From Octopus vulgaris (lineage: Eukaryota): a DNA stretch of 64,000 nucleotides. The position numbers and the translations under genes were made by a program. The stretch is from positions 180,730,001 through 180,794,000 of the forward strand of contig OX597814.1 of assembly GCA_951406725.2 (NCBI GenBank). Direction: 5' to 3'. Positions within the stretch are counted from its first letter, which is position 1; each line of letters begins with the position of its first letter. The notes under the pieces were generated by a model, which was not told the DNA's origin, made no database searches, and saw nothing but the letters and a program-made list of their open reading frames with translations. Of the stretch, positions 54,942 to 64,000 are shown piece by piece.

Positions 54942-57795
54942 TTTTTTTCCTTTAGAATAATGGATGCCCAAGATTAATGTTATCGCACGTATTTCTGATG
55001 TAATTGTGGAGACTTAATCAGGTCGGTTTGTGTTAACAATTAACTGGTCAAAAATATGAGTGCAAACCAGGTATTCACACTTCATATAATCTACTCATCG
55101 GTGTGACTGAAGACTGCATTGTACTATCCGACTCGCAGTAGGTTGTTGTTCTTGTTGTTGTTATGCAGCATGTCAGCGCTGATTAATCAGACTTATTACC
55201 AAGGGAGTTCCATCCGTGACTATTGCATTTTCTTAGTGCTTTCTAGGAAGAACTATCGTCACCTTGCGAAACAGAGTCGCAAATGCGGAAATCATCAAGC
55301 GAAACGAATCCAAACTATAGCAAAAAAATAGAGATGCTGCATTAGTCTCCCTTACTAAGTCAGATTTTATGCCTGTCAGCCGCTCGGTATTCAAAGAATG
55401 CAATGGTGGAAAGCCTGGAAAAATGGAAAACGGTAAAGAAGTAAACCTAAAACAGTTGAAGCCGGGCATTGACGCACGAGAACTACTTGGACAGGAGCTA
55501 AGAAAACAACGTTAGATTGACCACGCTAGTGGATGCTTGTTGCCTTATGCGTGGAGGATCTAAGACTAAGACCTATCTTAATTAATATGGTAGGGAAAAT
55601 CTGAAGGGATATGGCTGTCATTTCTACCATCACAAGTGAACATGTGGTTGTCCCCTCGTTTATCAAATGACATACAGTGTGGAAACTTGGGCGTCTTGTA
55701 TTTCCTTCGCGTTCCAGTCTGCTCTTGTATGTCTATAGCTTCTGGTATTGTCTACAACGAAGACAAGCAAGATGAACACTGACGTACTTAGTGATTATGT
55801 TGTTACCGTTGTTATTTTTATTTTTCTACTTCTGAAATCCAAGTCATTTCACTACTAAACAAAAAAAATATAGAAAACAATTTTCTATGGTAATGTTGCT
55901 GCGTTTACTTTATCTTCCATTTTTTATTTTCGTATTGAATATTTTGTATTTTGTAAAGAATGTTTTTATTTTATTTTCGTGAAGAATATTCAACAATTAC
56001 AATCACTCTCTTATAGTTCTGAAGTCTAATCCTGTTGAGGATTTGCTTTTATCTTTTCGGAGTCAAAAAACTAAATGTAGAAAACTAGAGTGTTTCATAA
56101 GTTGGAGTGATCTTCTTCTTCTTCTTCTTCTTCTTGTAGACGCTGCTACAGCAAAGATAGCATTGTTGTAAACAGATATTAAGCTTCATAATGAAGTATG
56201 GAATTATCTTTCATTGCCTTTAATGTTTATGAAATTCTTATTTCATGGCACATTTAATACTTTCAATGTTTTCCTCGTCATATTACAGCAGAAAATATAA
56301 CTCTGTTATTTACCCTACATACGCGAACTACTTTTAGTGGAAGAGTCGAAGAGAAGAAGAGACAGCACCGGCATAATTTTTATTTCTCAAAAATGTGACA
56401 CTTTCCTCATTCATTTCTTCCTAGAAAAGTGCTCTTCTAAAATTCCTCTTTTTTTTTTACTGTCTCACAAACTTGTCATCAACATTTCAAACAAAACATC
56501 GACCACATGGATTTCACCAATCAGGAGATACCTTTAAAGGCCATAGTCTCTGTTTAATATTTTAATGAAGTAAATCCACAAACTTTTTTATAACAATATC
56601 AGTTGAGTAACAGATTAATCAACTTCCACAAATGTTTGGTAGTTATTGTGTCAATAATGCGTTGAAGCTATGACTTCTACGTAGATTCTTAGACTGCGAG
56701 CTATTGTGGTCTTTTCTTGTTGAGAGCTCTTTTCTTAAAGTGGGCTGCAATCTTAAGTCAAGCGTAGTTCGAGAGTAAATGGTCAGCCGTCTACCGACTG
56801 TGCAAATCGGTCGATGAAACATCAGGCCTTGACTTTTTTAGAATGTTACTGGAAGGTTTAAATGCCGGTGTCCATAAGGATAATATAGTCACCGATGAGA
56901 ACGTTCTGAATTACTTTTCCTGGAGAACTTTCAGGCTGGAAATTACGAACAATTTTCAAAATTCCTACTCGCATCCATTCAGTAAGTAATGACTGCTGAC
57001 TTGTGGAATAATATTATGCAGTTGTTATTACTTATAGAAAGATTCCTATCTGTCTGAGTCTACTAAGGAGAAGTGAGAGTATATATCTTTCCTATGGAAA
57101 AAGTCATAGTAATATGAGGTAAGTTAAAATGACTAGAGACAGGGTCTTCCTCTGATTAAACCATCCTTAACTTCTTCAAGTACTTTTTGAACAGAAAAGT
57201 GTTGGTGAGAATGGCAAACTTGGTTTGGATGAGATTATTAGCCCTTCAATTTTACCTGGGATTTTCAATGAAGACAGGGTATATATCCAAAGTCAAAGAT
57301 GGTCATGGTTTTGCAGAGTCTTGATCATCTTTGAGAGATTACTTGCCACATTTGAAGACATTCCATATCAATTCTACATTAAACGTTGTTTTGTTTCAAA
57401 CCTATACACATTTAGCAAGTTTGTTCATCTGAGACTGTATGTTGAAACCTAAACAGTCAAGTACTGAGATCAGTATAATCGAAAAAAACTTCTGAAATTG
57501 TGATGAGTAGCAATGGTTGGCTGCACGACGTGTAAATCGTTTGTTTTTACCCCTCCATGTTATTTTTGCATTTTTCATATATTTTGCTGAATGGTTCACC
57601 GTATGGAACTTGTGTGCTTTTAGTGGTGAGGTCGACCTTGTCCCAAGGATATGGACCAGTTCTCCTGTTTGAGGGTGAGTTGATATCGTAAAGTGCTGCT
57701 CTTTGTTTCAACAATTCATCGGTGATGGTTTCTTCCTCTTCAGACTAAACTGTAAATATGTGTGTGTGTGTGCATGTGCGTGCGAGCGTGCGTGC

Positions 57796-57838
<43 letters not shown>

Positions 57839-59483
57839 TATGTGTGTGTGCGTGTGTGTGTATATGGGTGTGTGTGTATGTGCAAAGGTATTTCATAGAA
57901 AATCTGTTACGAACTTCATGCTAACAATAAACTGGTGGACACTGAATAATAGATGTAAACCTCGTTTTCCAGTCAACCGACATCTTTGCAAATTCGTTGA
58001 ATTGTACCATTCTACCTGTCAATATACCTCATGGTAGCGTGAGTTTTTGAAGCATTTCCATAAATTTGGATGGCCATCAGTAAAAGAAAATTAAGCATTT
58101 GTTTCTCATCGGTGCCCGGAATCTTCCCCGCAACATCAATGCTTTTCCTCTCTATTTCTCCTCCCCCAACACACTTCATCAATGAACATTCTATTGGCGC
58201 CTTTCTCCAGTTGCTATTAGACAAACCGCTAACAAGACAATAATACTTTTCAATGTGATATGTAATAGATTCGATGTAATTCCTGTCATAGGAAAAGCCT
58301 CAGACATATATTAAATAGACATCATTTCAAATGCTTCTGTCGCTCAACTTAATTTCAGCTGTATCAAATGGAATGTAATGTATTCCTCGTACGTTTCCAA
58401 ACGCCTCACTAATTGCATAGACACTTATTAAATAGTATTTTTCTTCTTCGTCGTCTTCTCTGAATTTTTTAATTTTTTTCTTGCATTTATTCCTGCTTTT
58501 ATTCGATACACTTTCTTTTTCAGTCATTATTATTGTTGCTATTGGTGTTTCTGTTGTTGTTGCTGTTGCAAATGACGTTGTTTCGTTCATATTGTTCAGT
58601 GTTCAAGGTCGTTGATTTGACCACCGCTTTTTTTTCTCTTTTTCTTCTTGTTAACTGAAAACAGCAGCAGATAGTTGGATGTTGATGCGTTCTAGAATAT
58701 ATCCAAAAGTTTTCTGGTCCCAAACAGAGAGATTCCAATGGGAACGATTTTTTTTTTTTTACTTACTGGTATTGCTATCAAATAAAGCAGAGAAAAAGAA
58801 GACAAAAGCCGAGTGAACCAGTCACCTTTATATAATTTTTTTTTTAGAGTGGCAAGTGAAGAAATGCATGTATAGACTTTTCTGGCAATACTGCACTTGG
58901 CAAATACCCCAGTCAGAGACAAACCGTGTTTATTTCGTTAGGTACAGAAACAAACATTGCAGAAAATGTTGCACTTACAACAATAGACTTAATTGCAGTA
59001 ACGTATGCACAGTAGTAAGAAGGACAACTGCATCAAGAACAGTAGCAGTAGCAAAGATGAAATGACTGAGTTCCCACAAAAAGAACAATACCACAATCAT
59101 TAAAATATTGTACATTAGCAGCCATTAAAGCATGAAAATCATTTCAAAAATTTTGTCTATCATGCCACAGTGCATTACTTTAACATTGCTACAATACACT
59201 GTCTTACCACAACTAAACCATTGCAGTTTCTCAAAATTCCTATTCTTTATGATATTCCAGTAGAAGTAACGACATTAAAAGCAAGCAGATAAAGGGCGCT
59301 TTACTAAGGGGTTCGACCTGCAAGAAAAAGCAGTCATATTCCCTTAAATCACACTAGCACCTTCTTTTAAAAAGAAGATGAGCTGTTCGTGACTGAATAC
59401 ATTTTATCTTAGTTCTGCCCAGTCGCAGCAGACGTGGCTGTAAACAAAATAACAACAATAGCAGTAGAAAGAATACTATCTTT

Positions 59484-59745
59484 TGATTGATGGCAATCCC
59501 TCAAGGTCGAGGATGATGGTCTTCGCGCAAATTTACTGGTGAGTCCGTAGGTGACCGGTAAGACCAATTCTTGCTTGAAAAGATCGGTCGCAGTGCGGAC
59601 ATCTAGTGCCGGAAGGGAGAGTCGCACGTGGTTGTTGTTGGCGCTCCTTCCGTCGTCGTCTTTTCTCCTCCAGCTCAGCAGACCTTTTCGACTCGAAAGT
59701 CGCCGTTCCCTCATGGATGGTGGTTTTCCAGAGTGGTCTGTTTTT
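59484..59745 (-). mobile_element. 3' end of an RTE-BovB-type LINE
   Basis: Minus-strand RPLWKTTIHEGTATFESKR...CPHCDRSFQARIGLTGHLRTH*. Confidence 0.85.
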
Positions 59746-62700
59746 TGCCGTTAGAAAGAATACTATATCGACTATAGTAAAAAGAAGACCAATGGTAGGG
59801 ATTGTAACAGCAAAAGCTAAACCTACGTTAACAGCAACAACAATAACAGCACCATGAACGTGTCATTCAACCATTTTAATGAAAATACTGTTTTATCCAA
59901 AACTAATCTCTAACCAAGCATTCTTATGACCAAAGGCGTTCCAGCTTTGGACCATTCAGTGTGTCGCTTTTTAGACGGCAGGCATGAATATTTAGCTGTT
60001 GCTTCTTACAGGTCAAGCGATCGCATAAAACCTTCCTCATTTGAATGCTAGTCTGAAAGGCATGAAGCGCACTTTAATTATACACCACTTCTGCGAATTA
60101 CTGTGGTAATTTACAGTCTTTCTGGCTTGACTAATTTTCATCGAGATGTGAACAATTGAGATCTAAGTGCACCATCCAAGAACGCAATGGTGTTACAAGG
60201 ATTTTGGTCTGATATAAAAAAATGATATTTCATAAGTACTCTTATGATTAAAGCTTTAATTTTACAAATGGCCTGGAGTGATAGCTCTCAGAAACGATCT
60301 TGTTTCATTTTCTCGTGTGCAAATACGTTTGAAATTTTAAAGAAGGTTGTCATGTAACCAAACGTCGACAAATGCATAAAACTATAGTTTGGCAACCAGA
60401 GTTAGAGGCCTCGATAAGAACGAGATGTAGGTCATGAAATTGCCAGGAGAAATCTCACCAATTAGTATAATGACATTTTCCATAGATGGATATATTGACA
60501 TTTCTTTTATGACCATACTTTTGTGGGTACGAAACAGATCAGGTCATCATCACTGTTAGATTCTAAATCAGAAAGTGAATTAAAGAGCTTGTTTTGTCGT
60601 TAAATGATCTCTCTTTTGTTGTTAAATAAATTTGTCCTAAAATTCGCAAAGGTTAAAGTTATTCTATACTAGTCCAAATACTGGGTATCTATTAATTTAT
60701 AAACAAATTCACTCCATGCTTTTAGCTGCTTCTTGCAGTTTGTGTATGTTTTCTAATGCTCGAGTTGTTGTTGTTTTTTTTTTCTCCGCAGGAAATAATA
60801 TTTTGCTTTTACCCTGTAGAACTTTTATTTTAAAAACGTACTTGTCAAATCTCAGTAGTAGGTAACATTTCCATTATTTGTCGAACCAATTTTGGAGCCT
60901 CTTTAATGAAACATGTTTCTATTGTATCAACATAAAGTACCAGTTGTACTACAGTACTTTTATTTTTAAAAAACACAATTGAGTAGTTTTATTACTATTT
61001 GGGAACATCTAATCTGTCGAGTTTTTGTTTTTTTTACCTCACACAAAACTTTAGTTTCATGAAAAATTTTTAGAAAGGAGTCAGCCTTAAGAAAAACCAT
61101 TCTTCTCAAGCTAACTCGGTGAAATAACTTGAGTACATTTGTTGTCTTGTCCCTAATCATCTCTGACTGACCATACCTATGACCAAAGGTGTTCCATCCA
61201 TGGTTATCCAGTGTTGTATTGAGACAGTATATTTTGCACTATATTAAGCATTAAGTCTTTCGTTTTCAAGACTGGTTGTGTGATGTAAAGATTAGGCTGT
61301 TGTTTCTAACAAGGCAAGTGACCACAAAATCTAATTCAAATGCAATTGTACAAGGCATGAAGTGAAATTTAATTATACAGTTTTCCTACAAATTGCTGTG
61401 GTGAATTACACTCTTTCTGGCTTGATACTGTTTTTCATTTAGATGTGAACTTTCGAGAGTTAAGTGTATTTTACAAGAACACATCAATGATAAAAAGATA
61501 AAATATGCCTTTTCTTTGATCATTCAGCCGAAATCTTATCTCAAATTTTCATCAATAATCTTGATAAACGTTACCTTCTCTTTGCGTTATCTGCTTTTCA
61601 CTTTAGTAGTACGAGATTCTGAGAAGGTTTTTAAAGGATATGTTGCTTCTCGAAATACAATAATCAAACAAACATTCAACACTTCTATAAACACAAAATA
61701 AGTTCACATCACATATATTTTACGTATACAGTGATACAATGTGATATATACCAAATTCGATACGTTGGTGTAACTGTGTCAATTACTCGCACAGCGTTCC
61801 AATTTACTGAAACTGCGAAAGTATTTGCTTGACACAGCATTCTGAGAGAAGCAGAAATTTGGATTGTTTTACCAAAACAATGATAACAAAGCACACATAA
61901 TCAAGTGTCATAATCTAAGTCAACACATACATTGAATTAGCCGAAATAATTCATTTATCTTCACGAAATAATCTTACAGAGGTTAGAGTAAAACTATTCT
62001 GTCATATCTTCAGAATTAGCCATAATGGACGTTTATTAGAATAGCATGACGTATAAGTGAAGAATCATTATCTTGTCAATAGTACCATGGAGAAGAGACT
62101 CTAAACAATGTCCAGTTGGCTGTTAGATTGACGTGTTTCATTATCGGGTTTCCTAATTCAATAGTGAATATAACCGCCTCCAAATTCTAAATAAGATTTG
62201 CCTGCAAGCCTTCCTTCCATAAGAGCAGTGATGTCAATTTTGCAATTTTTTTTTAATATCCGGACAATTATAGATTTTCGTTCCAACGGGGAGCTGCTGT
62301 CAATCAATTCTCTTACTCTACAATGTACAATTATTCGATTTGCTAGATTTTTGAAAATTGTTTTAACATCCTCACTTGAAAATGTCTTTTGAATGTCCTG
62401 AGTTTTTATATTGTTCTTCTTTAGGCTTATATGTCGATGAGAATACTGTATGTACGTGAGAAAACCAGTACAGTACTTAATATTAACTTATCTATCATAC
62501 ACGAGTTACAAGAATAGCGTACTTAATAAATATTTGGCCGAGGATTGGGAAAAACAATAGTGCATCAGGCTAAATGCCTTGTAATGTTTGGTTTCTTCTC
62601 TCTGTGTTCTGAGTTCAAGTCACGCCAGGATGATTTTGAATTCATTCTACTAAGGACGATAAAATGAATTCCAGTCACGCACTGAGGTAGATTTAATCGA

Positions 62701-62868
62701 CTATACTTCACTCGCCTGTAAATGTGTGGCCTTTTACCAATAATAAATCGATATTAAATGCAAAAGTGTTATAGCCCAGATATTGACTATCTGTGCAATT
62801 CGGACCTGATAAAGAAATAACAGAAGAACCTGGTGATAGACAGAGATAAGAGTAGTATGCGGAGGGAG

Positions 62869-62880
62869 TATGTGTGTGTA

Positions 62881-62951
<71 letters not shown>

Positions 62952-62990
62952 TTGTGTGTGTGCATGTGTGTGTGTATGTGTGTGTGTGTG
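62869..62990. repeat. (GT)n microsatellite
   Basis: Visible run. Confidence 0.96.
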
Positions 62991-63460
62991 CTGAATGGGA
63001 AGGAAGAAATCAAATCTTATTCGCTTTCTTTACAAATGAAAAGTATAATTTATCATAAATTATCGAAAATGAAAGCATTTCGTGACACAGAGTTTAACGT
63101 GCTCACCATTATTAGAACATTCTAGTCACAGTCAGATTAGTGCAAACAAGTAATCTTTAAAATTCTCTCCTTGGTCACAACTCCAATTCTCTACACATTT
63201 TCTGAAGTATGTTGAGAATACAGTGCCTTTTTTATTACATTTCGAAATAAATATTTTATCTGTGTGTGTTCTGCCTCCACCACCCCACCTGTACAATTTT
63301 CATGATAATCTAATAACAGAAACTCGGTCTCTCGCGTTTAGCACGTTTAAAGCAACTGCATACTCCTACGTAACACGTTAATATTCAATCTCTTTCTAAA
63401 TATTCTTTTTGAACTAAGGAAATCTCAAAACTCTCCTTTTTCACGCCACTAGGTTCACCA

Positions 63461-63461
<1 letters not shown>

Positions 63462-63519
<58 letters not shown>

Positions 63520-63639
63520 TACACACGCACACACTTACCCACCTTTACGAAGGTACTTTAATAACTTGAAACAAGACCATAAACTCTGACGATGGCCTTT
63601 CTGCTACCTTCAAACAACGCCCGCCTCTCTCTCCCTCTC

Positions 63640-63697
<58 letters not shown>
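63462..63697. repeat. (CA)n and (CT)n microsatellites
   Basis: Visible runs at 63462-63533 and 63625-63697. Confidence 0.95.
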
Positions 63698-63699
<2 letters not shown>

Positions 63700-64000
63700 T
63701 GTCTTTCACTGTGTGTGTCTGTGGATATACACCTCTTCCTCTATCTAAATATTTCGTTGCCAACTTAAGAATCATAAAAACGTATTGAATTTTTTTAAAT
63801 AGACATAATTTTTCACACATTTATATTATATAAATATAACATCCATGTTTTGCCGATGAATATATAATGTAAGGGAAGAAAAATTGTCTCACTAGAAATA
63901 ATATGTTAATGGAACTGTAATAGATTAAAAAATAAACACAGGTTGCTACTCGATTCTACATCTCTCGAATCGACCAGCAAATGCCTACTCAAACTCCATT

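Noticed and set aside
55119-55331. ORF with a signal-peptide-like start (MYYPTRSRLLFLLLLC)
   Set aside because: Non-ATG start; the hydrophobic run comes from a (GTT)n tail of an old repeat also seen near 59910 and 61165.
56560-62450. Faint transposase-like remnants (56560-57460, 60350-62450; also 1450-1800 and 38250-38950)
   Set aside because: Only weak hAT or DDE-like hints; too decayed to call without an HMM search.

Overview
AT-rich, repeat-saturated eukaryotic DNA, probably intronic or intergenic. The abundant tRNA-derived SINEs carrying a Nin-like GCCTTTCATCCTTTCGGGGTCGATAAA core, together with dense (GT)n/(TA)n/(TATG)n/(GATA)n/(AAT)n tracts, suggest an octopus (coleoid cephalopod) genome; this is inference. 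No host protein-coding gene can be firmly supported, and most listed ORFs are microsatellite translations. Identifiable content: three SINE families, L1/Tx1-like, RTE and CR1-group LINE fragments, a Penelope-like RT, non-autonomous and deleted Helitrons, three mariner relics, a piggyBac derivative and MITE, and hAT relics. Most notable: (1) a near-intact tRNA-Ala(AGC) fused to a SINE inside one target-site duplication; (2) a ~559-bp tandem unit carrying a type I hammerhead ribozyme (retrozyme or Penelope pLTR candidate); (3) a perfect 158-bp inverted templated insertion inside a SINE head; (4) a spliced, core-deleted piggyBac transposase; (5) GGT-biased SINE target sites with a recurrent SINE-SINE junction. 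All alignments and folds were done by eye.
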